Shown in pieces: positions 15,966-23,934 of a stretch of 32,000 bases of DNA. The DNA lies in NCBI RefSeq assembly GCF_001598795.1, contig NZ_BCZP01000002.1, positions 373,238 through 405,237 on the forward strand. Reading direction: 5' to 3'. Made by a program: the position numbers and the translations under genes. The stretch's first letter is position 1. The number at the start of each line of letters is the position of its first letter. This stretch comes from Delftia acidovorans NBRC 14950. Lineage in GTDB: Bacteria > Pseudomonadota > Gammaproteobacteria > Burkholderiales > Burkholderiaceae_C. Below the pieces are notes generated by a model, which did not search any database, was not told where the DNA came from, and worked only from the letters and a program-made list of their open reading frames with translations.

Positions 15966-16631
15966 ATGGCTGTTCAGAACCCGTTCTTTGGCAAGCGCGA
16001 CAACGATGCTTTCACCTCCCGCAACACCCTGGGCAGCGGCACAGGCGCCGCCAGCACGGGCGGCAGCCCTTCGGGAGCCGTCATGCCCAGCTCCAGCGTG
16101 AGCAGCCCGGCATCCACCCAGCGCCAGGCCTCGCCTGTGTCGCAGGACTCTCCGGGCAGCAAGCTCACCGTGGGCCCCAACATCAAGCTCAAGGGCGTGG
16201 AGATCACCGACTGCGACACGCTGGTCGTCGAAGGCACGGTGGAGGCCACCATGGACTCGCGCGTGATCCAGATCGCCGAGCAGGGTGCCTTCCATGGCAC
16301 GGCCGAGATCGACATCGCCGAGATCCATGGCGTGTTCGACGGCACGCTGACCGTGCGCGAAAAGCTGGTCATCTACGGCACGGGCAAGGTCAGCGGCAAG
16401 ATCCGCTACGGCAAGGTGGTGATCGAAGAGGGCGGCGAGCTCACGGGCCAGATCGAGGCCGGTTCCTCGCCGCGTTCATCCTCGGGTTCGGCCGTGGCAT
16501 CCAGCGCCTCCAGCCTGTCCTCTTCCTCGTCGGCCGCCTCCAGCGACAGTGCCGCCAGCAGTTCCGCTGCCCTGGCTGCGGCCACCGCAGCGGCCTCGCT
16601 GCAGCCGCGCGTCACTCCCTCTCTGGCCTGA
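15966..16631 (+). CDS. Bactofilin (polymer-forming cytoskeletal protein, DUF583) with long low-complexity termini
   Basis: Core beta-helix repeats KLTVGPNIKLKGVEITDCDTLVVEGTVEATM...VIYGTGKVSGKIRYGKVVIEEGGELTGQIE. ATG 15966 is preceded by GAAGGAGACC. Confidence 0.85.
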   Translation: MAVQNPFFGKRDNDAFTSRNTLGSGTGAASTGGSPSGAVMPSSSVSSPASTQRQASPVSQDSPGSKLTVGPNIKLKGVEITDCDTLVVEGTVEATMDSRVIQIAEQGAFHGTAEIDIAEIHGVFDGTLTVREKLVIYGTGKVSGKIRYGKVVIEEGGELTGQIEAGSSPRSSSGSAVASSASSLSSSSSAASSDSAASSSAALAAATAAASLQPRVTPSLA

Positions 16632-16652
16632 GCCCTTCCTGCACCGGAAATG

Positions 16653-16681
16653 AAAAAGCGACCTGCGAAGGTCGCTTTTTT
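16653..16681. terminator. Bidirectional rho-independent terminator between the convergent bactofilin and yciA genes
   Basis: AAAAA-GCGACC, loop TGCGAA, GGTCGC-TTTTTT. The A-run and T-run flank the stem. Confidence 0.75.
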
Positions 16682-16705
16682 CATGGCTGCAGAGGCGGGG
16701 CGGGT

Positions 16706-17182
16706 TCAGCCGGCCTGCTGCTGCTTGCGTTCTGCATTGCGCTCGGCCGCTGCGCGCCAGGAACGCACCTGGTCGTTGTCCGGCAGTGACTGGGGCTTGC
16801 CCTGGCCGTCGATGGCCACGTAGGTCAGCAGGGCTTCGGTTACCTTGACGAAGCGGCCCTGGTCCGCAAAGCGCTCGGCATAGACCTCGACATCGACCGT
16901 GACCGAGGTGCGGCCCACGCGTTGCACGCTGGAGTAGAACGACAGGATGTCGCCCACGCGCACGGGCTGCTTGAAGATGAACTCGTTCACGGCCACGGTG
17001 ACCATGCGGCTCTGGCCCAGGCGCGAGGGCAGCACGGAACCTGCCAGGTCGACCTGCGCCATGACCCAGCCGCCGAAGATGTCGCCATTGGCGTTGACAT
17101 CGGCGGGCATGGGAATGACCTTGAGAACCAGCTCCTTGTCTGCGGGCAAGGGATGGGGCGGGAGGTCTGGGCGGGGTGGCAT
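16706..17182 (-). CDS. yciA: Acyl-CoA thioester hydrolase YciA (single hot-dog)
   Basis: MPADVNANGDIFGGWVMAQVDLAG motif. The first ATG is at 17182; the track start 17188 is GTG. Confidence 0.9.
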   Translation of the reverse strand: MPPRPDLPPHPLPADKELVLKVIPMPADVNANGDIFGGWVMAQVDLAGSVLPSRLGQSRMVTVAVNEFIFKQPVRVGDILSFYSSVQRVGRTSVTVDVEVYAERFADQGRFVKVTEALLTYVAIDGQGKPQSLPDNDQVRSWRAAAERNAERKQQQAG

Positions 17183-17223
17183 GGGCACAATCGGGTCAAT
17201 ATAACAACCGAGAATTGTCTTTC

Positions 17224-19050
17224 ATGCGACGCGAGAGCGCTCCCCATCCGGATTTACCCTTAGTCCCAACCCCGGCACCGTCGCGGGACTGGAACGCGCT
17301 GCGGCGCCTGCTGCCCTACCTGTGGCAATACAAGTGGCGCGTGCTGGCGGCGCTGGGCTTCATGATCGGGGCCAAGCTCGCCAATGTGGGCGTGCCGGTG
17401 CTGCTCAAGCACCTGGTCGATGCGCTGGATCTGAAGGCCGGCGACGCCCGCGCGGTGCTCGTCGTGCCCGTGGCCCTGCTGCTGGCCTACGGGCTGCTGC
17501 GCTTTTCCAGTTCGCTGTTCACCGAGCTGCGCGACCTGGTCTTTGCCAAGGCCACGCAGGGCGCCTCGCGGGCGATTGCGCTGTCCACCTTCGAGCACCT
17601 GCATGCGCTGAGCCTGCGCTTTCACCTGGAGCGCCAGACCGGCGGCATGACGCGCGACATCGAGCGCGGCGTGCGCAGCACCGAGTCGCTGATCTCGTAT
17701 TCGCTCTACAGCATCCTGCCCACCTTCATCGAGATGGCGCTGGTGCTGGGGATCCTGGCGCTGCGCTTCGACATCTGGTTCGCGGTCATCACGCTGGCGG
17801 CGCTGGTGTTCTACATCACGTTCACCGTCACGGTGACCGAGTGGCGCACGCGCTTTCGGCGCGAGGCCAATGCCCAGGAGTCGGCGGCGCACACCAAGGC
17901 CATCGACTCGCTGCTGAACTACGAGACCGTCAAGTACTTCGGCAACGAGGGCTTCGAGGCGCGGCGCTATGACGAGAACCTGGAGGCGCTGCGCCGCGTG
18001 CGCCTCAAGAGCCAGACCACGCTGAGCATGCTCAACTGCGGGCAGCAGCTGATCATCGCCACGGCCCTGGTCGCCATCCTCTGGCGCGCCACGCAGGGTG
18101 TGGTGGACGGGCGGCTGTCGCTGGGCGACCTGGTCATGGTTAATGCCTTCATGATCCAGCTCTACATCCCGCTGGGCTTTCTGGGCGTGATCTACCGCGA
18201 GATCAAGCAGAGCCTGACCGACCTGGAGCGCATGTTCACCCTCATGGACAAGGAGCGCGAGGTGGCCGATGCGCCCGGCGCCCGGCCCCTGCCTGCCGAC
18301 GGCGTGCCGCCCGAGCTGCGCTTCGAGCATGTGGACTTTGCCTATGACCCCGAGCGGCCCATCCTCAAGGACGTGAGCTTCACCATTCCGGCCGGCAAGA
18401 CCGTGGCCGTGGTCGGCCCTTCGGGCTCGGGCAAGAGCACGCTGGCGCGGCTGATCTTCCGCTTCTACGACGTGCAGTCCGGCCATGTGCGCATCGCCGG
18501 GCACGACCTGCGCGAGCTGACCCAGGACAGCGTGCGCGGCGCCGTGGGCATCGTGCCGCAGGACACGGTGCTCTTCAACGACACGGTGGAATACAACATC
18601 GCCTACGGCCGCCCCGGCGCCAGCCGCGACCAGGTGGTGGCCGCCGCGCGCGCCGCGCGCATCCACGACTTCATCGAGGCCACGCCCCAGGGCTATGCCA
18701 CGCGCGTGGGCGAGCGCGGCCTCAAGCTGTCGGGCGGCGAAAAGCAGCGGGTGGCGATTGCGCGCACTCTGCTCAAGGACCCCCCCATCCTGATCTTTGA
18801 CGAAGCGACCTCGGCGCTGGACTCGGCCAACGAGCGCGCCATCCAGGCCGAGCTGCAAAGCGCCGCGCGCAACAAGACGGCGCTGGTGATTGCCCACCGC
18901 CTGTCCACCGTGGTCGATGCGCACGAGATCCTGGTCATGGACGCGGGCCGCATCGTCGAGCGCGGCACCCACGCCCAGCTGGTCGCGGCGGGCGGGCGCT
19001 ATGCGGATATGTGGGCGCTGCAGCAAAGCGGGGAGCCCGCCGTGCTGTAG
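17224..19050 (+). CDS. ABC exporter, fused permease/ATPase of the Atm1/ABCB7-like type
   Basis: Six-helix TMD followed by Walker A GPSGSGKST, signature LSGGEKQRVAIAR and Walker B ILIFDEATSALD. ATG 17224 was chosen; the track start 17176 is GTG and overlaps yciA. Confidence 0.9.
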   Translation: MRRESAPHPDLPLVPTPAPSRDWNALRRLLPYLWQYKWRVLAALGFMIGAKLANVGVPVLLKHLVDALDLKAGDARAVLVVPVALLLAYGLLRFSSSLFTELRDLVFAKATQGASRAIALSTFEHLHALSLRFHLERQTGGMTRDIERGVRSTESLISYSLYSILPTFIEMALVLGILALRFDIWFAVITLAALVFYITFTVTVTEWRTRFRREANAQESAAHTKAIDSLLNYETVKYFGNEGFEARRYDENLEALRRVRLKSQTTLSMLNCGQQLIIATALVAILWRATQGVVDGRLSLGDLVMVNAFMIQLYIPLGFLGVIYREIKQSLTDLERMFTLMDKEREVADAPGARPLPADGVPPELRFEHVDFAYDPERPILKDVSFTIPAGKTVAVVGPSGSGKSTLARLIFRFYDVQSGHVRIAGHDLRELTQDSVRGAVGIVPQDTVLFNDTVEYNIAYGRPGASRDQVVAAARAARIHDFIEATPQGYATRVGERGLKLSGGEKQRVAIARTLLKDPPILIFDEATSALDSANERAIQAELQSAARNKTALVIAHRLSTVVDAHEILVMDAGRIVERGTHAQLVAAGGRYADMWALQQSGEPAVL

Positions 19051-19102
19051 CGCGGGGCGGCCGGGCGACCGGGTGGCCGGGTGGCCGGGCGCCTGGACGG
19101 CT

Positions 19103-20995
19103 TCAGGGCTTGAGGTGCGTGACCAGGAATTGCTCCATGGCCTCGTAGAACTCGAACTTGTTCTCGTCGTTGTGAAAGCCGTGGCCCTCGTTGTCCTTGA
19201 CCATGTACTGCACCTCGACGCCGCGCTCGCGCAGCGCCTTCACCACCTGGTCGCTCTCGTCCTTGTTCACGCGCGGATCGCGCGCGCCCTGGGCGATGAA
19301 CAGCGGCGCCTTGATGCGGTCCACATGCAGGGCCGGCGAGGTGGCGGCCAGGCGCTCCCTGTCGCGCTCGGGATCGCCCACCATGGCGTGCATCTGGTCC
19401 AGCAGCGGCTTCCAGTAGGGTGGAATGGTCTTCATGAAGGTGAACAGGTTGGACACGCCCACATAGTCCACGGCCGCCGCATACAGGTCGGGCGTGAAGG
19501 CCACGCCGGCCAGCGTGGCATAGCCGCCATAGCTGCCGCCGTAGATGCCGATGCGCGCAGGGTCGGCAATGCCCTGGTCGATCAGCCAGTGCACGCCATC
19601 GGTGATGTCGTCCTGCATCTTCAGGCCCCATTGGCCGAATCCCGCTTCCCAGAACGCGCGGCCATAGCCTGTGGAGCCCCGGAAGTTCACCTGCAGCACG
19701 CAGAACCCCCGGTTGGCCAGGAACTGCACCTCGGGGTTGTAGCCCCAGCCGTCGCGGGCCCAGGGGCCGCCGTGTGGGTTGATGATGCAGGCCAGGTTCC
19801 TGGGCTCGCGGCCGGCCGGCAGGGTCAGGTAGCCGTGGATGGTCAGGCCGTCGCGGCTGGTGTAGCTGACGGGCTGCACGCGCGACATGGCGGACTCGGG
19901 GATGGCAGGGTTGATGTCGGCCAGCTTGGTCAGCGCATCGGCGGCCGCGTCGTAAATGTAGCGCGCGCCCGGCGTGCGGTCGTTGAAGGCGGCGACGATG
20001 AACTTGTCCTCGGCGCGGTTGGCGCCCTGGATGGCGAAGTCGTAGCCCGGCAACTGCGCAGCCAGCCGGCCGTACAGGGCTTCGGTCTCGGCATCGAAGA
20101 AGTGGTACTGCGGCTTGTCGGTCTGGTAGGCGGCCAGGGTCAGCACGCGGCGCTTGCGCGAATAGGCGGCTGCGCCCAGATCGACTTCCTCGGGCACGAA
20201 GATTTCTTCTTCCTCGTCGGGCCGGGCCGGGTCGATGACCACCAGGGCCAGCTTGTCGCGGCCCCGGTTGGACAGGGCGTAGAGCTTTTGGTCGTCGAAG
20301 GTGAAGAAGGCCGGGCTGACGCTGGTGCGGTAGTCGGTGGTGATCAGGGGCTGGAACTCGCCGGCCTCGTCGTCGCGGTAGAGCAGGGCGCTGTTCAGGC
20401 CGTCGCTGGCCACGGCGGCCCGCACGCGGCCCGCATGGTCGGTCTGCCAGCCGACGATGTTGCCGGGGTTCTGCGCCACCAGTTGCGCCGCGCCCGTATG
20501 CACGTTCACGCGGTACACGTCGAAGACCTCGGCATCGCGCTGGTTGTGGCTGATCAGCACATGGTCGGGGTCGTCTTCCAGGTCGTCCTCGATGCTGGCG
20601 CGCACGCCGTCCCAGGGCGTCAGGTCGGTGGCCTGGCCGCTGCGCGCGTTGACCGCCAGCACGTGGAAGTTCTCGTCGCCGCCGAAGTCCTTCTGGTAGA
20701 GCACCACATCCGAGCCCTTCCAGAAGAAGTTGCTGATGTCGCGCTCGGTCTCGGCCGTGATGCGGCGCGGCTCGCCCACAGGGGTGCTGCCCTCCAGTGC
20801 CTGCACATGGATGTTCATGCGTGCCGGATGGCCCTCCACGCTGACGGGCTGCATGAAGCCCAGCATGCTTCCGTCATCGGCCAGACGAAAGAAGCCGCGC
20901 TCCGGATTGCGGAAGAAGTCCTTGATCGGATAGGCCTGCGGAGCCTGCGCATCGGCGCTGGCATCCCGTGCCAGGTTGAGGATGTGGGCGGCCAT
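19103..20995 (-). CDS. S9-family (prolyl oligopeptidase / dipeptidyl aminopeptidase type) serine peptidase
   Basis: Catalytic Ser motif GGSYGGY, downstream DPRV and EGHGF. A beta-propeller-like N-terminal half is present. The start is uncertain: ATG 20995 is preferred, 21070 is possible, and 21133 is unlikely because it would encode the TGTATACA boxes. Confidence 0.85.
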   Translation of the reverse strand: MAAHILNLARDASADAQAPQAYPIKDFFRNPERGFFRLADDGSMLGFMQPVSVEGHPARMNIHVQALEGSTPVGEPRRITAETERDISNFFWKGSDVVLYQKDFGGDENFHVLAVNARSGQATDLTPWDGVRASIEDDLEDDPDHVLISHNQRDAEVFDVYRVNVHTGAAQLVAQNPGNIVGWQTDHAGRVRAAVASDGLNSALLYRDDEAGEFQPLITTDYRTSVSPAFFTFDDQKLYALSNRGRDKLALVVIDPARPDEEEEIFVPEEVDLGAAAYSRKRRVLTLAAYQTDKPQYHFFDAETEALYGRLAAQLPGYDFAIQGANRAEDKFIVAAFNDRTPGARYIYDAAADALTKLADINPAIPESAMSRVQPVSYTSRDGLTIHGYLTLPAGREPRNLACIINPHGGPWARDGWGYNPEVQFLANRGFCVLQVNFRGSTGYGRAFWEAGFGQWGLKMQDDITDGVHWLIDQGIADPARIGIYGGSYGGYATLAGVAFTPDLYAAAVDYVGVSNLFTFMKTIPPYWKPLLDQMHAMVGDPERDRERLAATSPALHVDRIKAPLFIAQGARDPRVNKDESDQVVKALRERGVEVQYMVKDNEGHGFHNDENKFEFYEAMEQFLVTHLKP

Positions 20996-21083
20996 GGCGG
21001 GGTGTCGTGAAAACGTCGGCAAGGGTGACCTCCTGGGTTGCAGCGGCAGGGGAAAAAGGGAGCCGGCCATGATGCCATGGCGC

Positions 21084-21091
21084 TGTATACA
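21084..21091. promoter_or_regulatory. TGTATACA palindrome, box 1 (candidate GntR-type operator)
   Basis: Perfect 8-bp palindrome with a GT..AC core in the AT-rich peptidase/vanR intergenic region. Confidence 0.4.
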
Positions 21092-21124
21092 AACAGGCGG
21101 GTCACTGTCTTTGCCGGGATTGGT

Positions 21125-21132
21125 TGTATACA
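21125..21132. promoter_or_regulatory. TGTATACA palindrome, box 2 (candidate GntR-type operator)
   Basis: Context GGTTGTATACATT. It lies 41 bp from box 1. Confidence 0.45.
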
Positions 21133-21188
21133 TTTAATTGGTGTTTTCCCGTGTTTTTGCGGAAAAATGCACCATGAATCGCCTTGGA

Positions 21189-21196
21189 TGTATACA
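21189..21196. promoter_or_regulatory. TGTATACA palindrome, box 3 (candidate GntR-type operator)
   Basis: Context GGATGTATACATT. It lies 64 bp from box 2 and 30 nt upstream of the GntR-family ATG 21226. Confidence 0.45.
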
Positions 21197-21225
21197 TTCA
21201 CGCCATTCCATCCAGACAAAGCCCC

Positions 21226-21984
21226 ATGAGCCCCCAGCTTGCCCCCGCCGCCTCCGAAGCGGAAAGCCACTCCCAGGTCATCAAGGCCCAGCTGCAACTG
21301 CGCGAGATGATTCTTGCGGGCGAACTGCCCGCAGGCGAGCGCATCGCCGAGCTGACCGTGGTGCAGCGCCTGGGCATCTCGCGCACGCCGGTGCGCGCCG
21401 CGCTGATGCGGCTGGAGCAGGAAGGCCTGCTCGAAGCCATGGCCGGCGGGCGCGGCTACCGCGTGCGGCTGTTCTCCGAGGCCGATGTGGCCGATGCCAT
21501 CGAGCTGCGCGGCACGCTGGAAGGCCTGGCCGCGCGCTGGGCGGCCGAGCGCGGCGTGGCCGAGCCGCTGCTGGCGCAGGCCGGCCGCTGCCTGGATGCC
21601 ATCGACCGTGTGCTGGAGACGGCCGACTGGGGCGATGAGGCCTTCTCGCGCTATGTGGCGCTGAACTCCGAATTCCACGACCTGCTGCACTCCATGGCCG
21701 GCAGCAGCGTCATGCAGCGCGAGCTGGAGCGCGTGGTGCGCATGCCCTTCGCCTCGCCCTCGGGCTTTGTGCTGGCGCGGGCCGAATCGCCGCGCGCGCG
21801 CCACAGCCTGATGGTGGCCCAGGACCAGCACCGCCAGGTGCTGGACGCCATTGCCGCGCGCGAGGGAGCCCGGGCCGAGGCGCTGATGAAAGAGCACTCG
21901 CGCATTGCGCGCCGCAACCTGCGCGAGGCCGTGAGCGAGCCCGGCAGCCACGCGGTTCCTGGCGTGCAGTTGATCCGAGCCTGA
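21226..21984 (+). CDS. vanR: GntR-family (FadR/FCD-type) transcriptional regulator, VanR-like
   Basis: HTH ERIAELTVVQRLGISRTPVRAALMRLEQEGLL plus a helical FCD-like C-terminal domain. It sits immediately upstream of vanA. The first ATG is 21226; the track start 21184 is TTG. Confidence 0.8.
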   Translation: MSPQLAPAASEAESHSQVIKAQLQLREMILAGELPAGERIAELTVVQRLGISRTPVRAALMRLEQEGLLEAMAGGRGYRVRLFSEADVADAIELRGTLEGLAARWAAERGVAEPLLAQAGRCLDAIDRVLETADWGDEAFSRYVALNSEFHDLLHSMAGSSVMQRELERVVRMPFASPSGFVLARAESPRARHSLMVAQDQHRQVLDAIAAREGARAEALMKEHSRIARRNLREAVSEPGSHAVPGVQLIRA

Positions 21985-22025
21985 TTCGAGTCTGATCCGC
22001 GCTTGATCTGCGCTTGATGTGTGCC
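21971..22025. repeat. Five degenerate 11-bp tandem units, each starting with TGAT (helical phasing)
   Basis: TGATCCGAGCC / TGATTCGAGTC / TGATCCGCGCT / TGATCTGCGCT / TGATGTGTGCC, starting at 21971, 21982, 21993, 22004 and 22015. The array spans the vanR stop codon (21982-21984). Confidence 0.7.
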
Positions 22026-22099
22026 GGCGGCCTAGGCCGCCCGTGCCCCAGCCACCGCAGCGCCAAGGACTGCGGACCCCACCCATAAAGGAGACCCCC

Positions 22100-23191
22100 A
22101 TGAGCACATTCCCCAAGAACACCTGGTACGTGGCCGCCACGTCCGACGAGATCCAGGACAAGCCGCTGGGCCGTCGCATCTGCGGCGAGCGCATCGCGTT
22201 CTACCGCGCGCAGCACGGCGTTGCCGCCGTGGAGGATTTCTGCCCGCACCGCGGCGCGCCCCTGTCGCTGGGCTTTGTCTGCGAGGGCAAGCTGGTCTGC
22301 GGCTACCACGGGCTGGAGATGGGCTGCGACGGCAAGACCATTGCCATGCCGGGCCAGCGCGTGCGCGGCTTCCCGGAGATCCGCAGCTATCCCGTCGAGG
22401 AACGCCACGGCTTCATCTGGGTCTGGCCCGGCGACAAGGCGCTGGCCGATGCCGCCCTGATTCCGAAGCTGCCCTGGCACGACAACCCCGAATGGGCCTA
22501 CGGCGGCGGCATGTTCCACATCCAGGCCGACTACCGGCTGATGATCGACAACCTCATGGACCTGACGCACGAGACCTATGTGCACGCCAGCTCCATCGGC
22601 CAGGCCGAGATCGACGAGACGCCCTGCAAGACCGAGACGCGCGGCGAGGGCGCCGATGTCGAGGTCGTCACCAGCCGCTTCATGAACGACATCCCCGCCC
22701 CCCCGTTCTGGAAGATGGCGCTGCGCAGCAACGGCCTGGCCGACGAGGTGCCTGTGGACCGCTGGCAGGTCTGCCGCTTCACCCCGCCCAGCCACGTGCT
22801 GATCGAGGTCGGCGTGGCCCATGCAGGCCACGGCGGCTACGACGCGCCCGACGAACACAAGGTCTACAGCATGGTGGTGGACTTCATCACGCCCGAGACC
22901 GAGGAGTCCATGTGGTACTTCTGGGGCATGGCGCGCCGCTTCAATCCGGGCGATGCCGAAGTCACCGACCGCATCCGCGAGGGCCAGCACAAGATCTTCA
23001 GCGAAGACCTGCAGATGCTGGAGCTGCAGCAGCGCAACCTCAGTGCCCACCCCGACCGCAAGCTGCTCAAGCTCAACATCGATGCGGGCGGCGTGCAGTC
23101 GCGCAAGGTCATCGACAAATGGATTGCGCAGGAGCAACAGGCGGCGGCGGTGGCCGCAGCAGCGGCCCAGCCTGCCGCCGCCGTGGCCTGA
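22100..23191 (+). CDS. vanA: Vanillate O-demethylase oxygenase subunit (Rieske non-haem iron oxygenase)
   Basis: Rieske motif CPHRGAPLSLGFVCEGKLVCGYHG and Fe(II) motif DNLMDLTHETYVH. Long stretches match my recollection of Pseudomonas/Acinetobacter VanA (FPKN.WYVA..., MPGQRV.GFP, NPEWAYGGG, VPVDRWQ.C.F.PPSHVLIEVGVAHAG, LNIDAGGVQSR). SD AAAGGAGACC. Confidence 0.9.
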   Translation: MSTFPKNTWYVAATSDEIQDKPLGRRICGERIAFYRAQHGVAAVEDFCPHRGAPLSLGFVCEGKLVCGYHGLEMGCDGKTIAMPGQRVRGFPEIRSYPVEERHGFIWVWPGDKALADAALIPKLPWHDNPEWAYGGGMFHIQADYRLMIDNLMDLTHETYVHASSIGQAEIDETPCKTETRGEGADVEVVTSRFMNDIPAPPFWKMALRSNGLADEVPVDRWQVCRFTPPSHVLIEVGVAHAGHGGYDAPDEHKVYSMVVDFITPETEESMWYFWGMARRFNPGDAEVTDRIREGQHKIFSEDLQMLELQQRNLSAHPDRKLLKLNIDAGGVQSRKVIDKWIAQEQQAAAVAAAAAQPAAAVA

Positions 23192-23289
23192 GGCTGCCGG
23201 CATGGCCAGGCCAGCAGGCGCGGGCGGCGCCGGGGATGGGGTAACCTCGGCGGGCTTCAACCCCAGGGCCGCAAGGCCTGCCGCCACCG

Positions 23290-23763
23290 ATGGTCCACTC
23301 CGCCTCCGATCCGCTTTCCATCGACCTCTACGACCAGCCGGGCCATCTGATCCGGCGCGCGCAGCAGATCGCGGCGCAGCTGTTCCGCGACGTGCTGGGG
23401 CCGGACGTGACGCCCGTGCAGTACGCCATCCTGCGCATGCTGCAGGAAAAGCCGGGCATCGACCAGGTGACGCTGGCGCGGCTGGTGGCGCTGGACAACT
23501 CCACCACGGCCGACATCGCGGCGCGCCTGGAGGCCAAGGGCTGGGTGCTGCGCGAGATCCTGCCCCGGCGCCAGCGGCGCCTGACGCTCACGGCCGAGGG
23601 CGAGACCATGCTGGCCGGCTTCGTGCCCAATGTCCACGAACTGCACGAGCGCATGCTGGCCGCGCTCGAACCCCAAGAGCAGGCCGAGTTCAAGCGCCTG
23701 CTGCGCAAGTTCGTGCAGCTGCACGACGCACGCGACACCCTCGACGCTTCCTCATCCGACTGA
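23290..23763 (+). CDS. MarR-family transcriptional regulator
   Basis: Winged HTH VTPVQYAILRMLQEKPGIDQVTLARLVALDNSTTADIAARLEAKGWVLRE. Confidence 0.9.
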   Translation: MVHSASDPLSIDLYDQPGHLIRRAQQIAAQLFRDVLGPDVTPVQYAILRMLQEKPGIDQVTLARLVALDNSTTADIAARLEAKGWVLREILPRRQRRLTLTAEGETMLAGFVPNVHELHERMLAALEPQEQAEFKRLLRKFVQLHDARDTLDASSSD

Positions 23764-23843
23764 CGGCGGCCCGGCCGCCTCCGCGTCCGAGTCTGCGCGG
23801 CCCCGCCTGATCGGGGAAATCCCGGTATCTGGCGCAGATTTTC

Positions 23844-23859
23844 ATTCAGTAAACTGAAT
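23844..23859. promoter_or_regulatory. Inverted repeat ATTCAGT-AA-ACTGAAT, candidate MarR operator in the AT-rich promoter region of the MFS/oxygenase operon
   Basis: 7-bp perfect arms. A third ATTCAG half-site lies at 23863-23868, and a TCAGCA/TGCTGA pair at 23865-23870 and 23883-23888. Confidence 0.45.
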
Positions 23860-23934
23860 CACATTCAGCATACGTAATGATGTGCTGAGAACACAAGAAA
23901 GCTTCTACAGAGCTTCAACCCAAGGAGACCCACG

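Noticed and set aside
19051-19102. CCGGGTGG x2.6 tandem repeat (GACCGGGTGGCCGGGTGGCCGGGCG) between the convergent ABC exporter and peptidase genes
   Set aside because: It has only about 2.5 copies in GC-rich spacer DNA and no associated ORF or hairpin/terminator structure. It is most simply local slippage with no evident function.
21071-21133. Upstream ATG 21133 (and 21070) as the start of the S9 peptidase
   Set aside because: - Starting at 21133 would translate through two TGTATACA palindromes and AT-rich promoter-like DNA.
- The extension has neither a signal-peptide nor a peptidase character.
- ATG 20995 gives an N-terminus that begins just before the conserved ..[14 protein letters not shown].. 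segment. ATG 21070 cannot be fully excluded.
9358-23287. Other long shadow ORFs: 9358..10614-, 10620..11657-, 11716..12930-, 13051..13998-, 13719..15473- (alternative frame of the MATE gene), 14480..15667+, 17260..19026-, 18890..21010+, 20815..22194-, 21710..23287-
   Set aside because: - Each overlaps a gene on the opposite strand, or in another frame, that has clear family motifs (thiolase Cys motifs, GGSYGGY, Walker A/B, MATE TM pattern, VanA motifs).
- None of the shadow translations has a recognisable domain.
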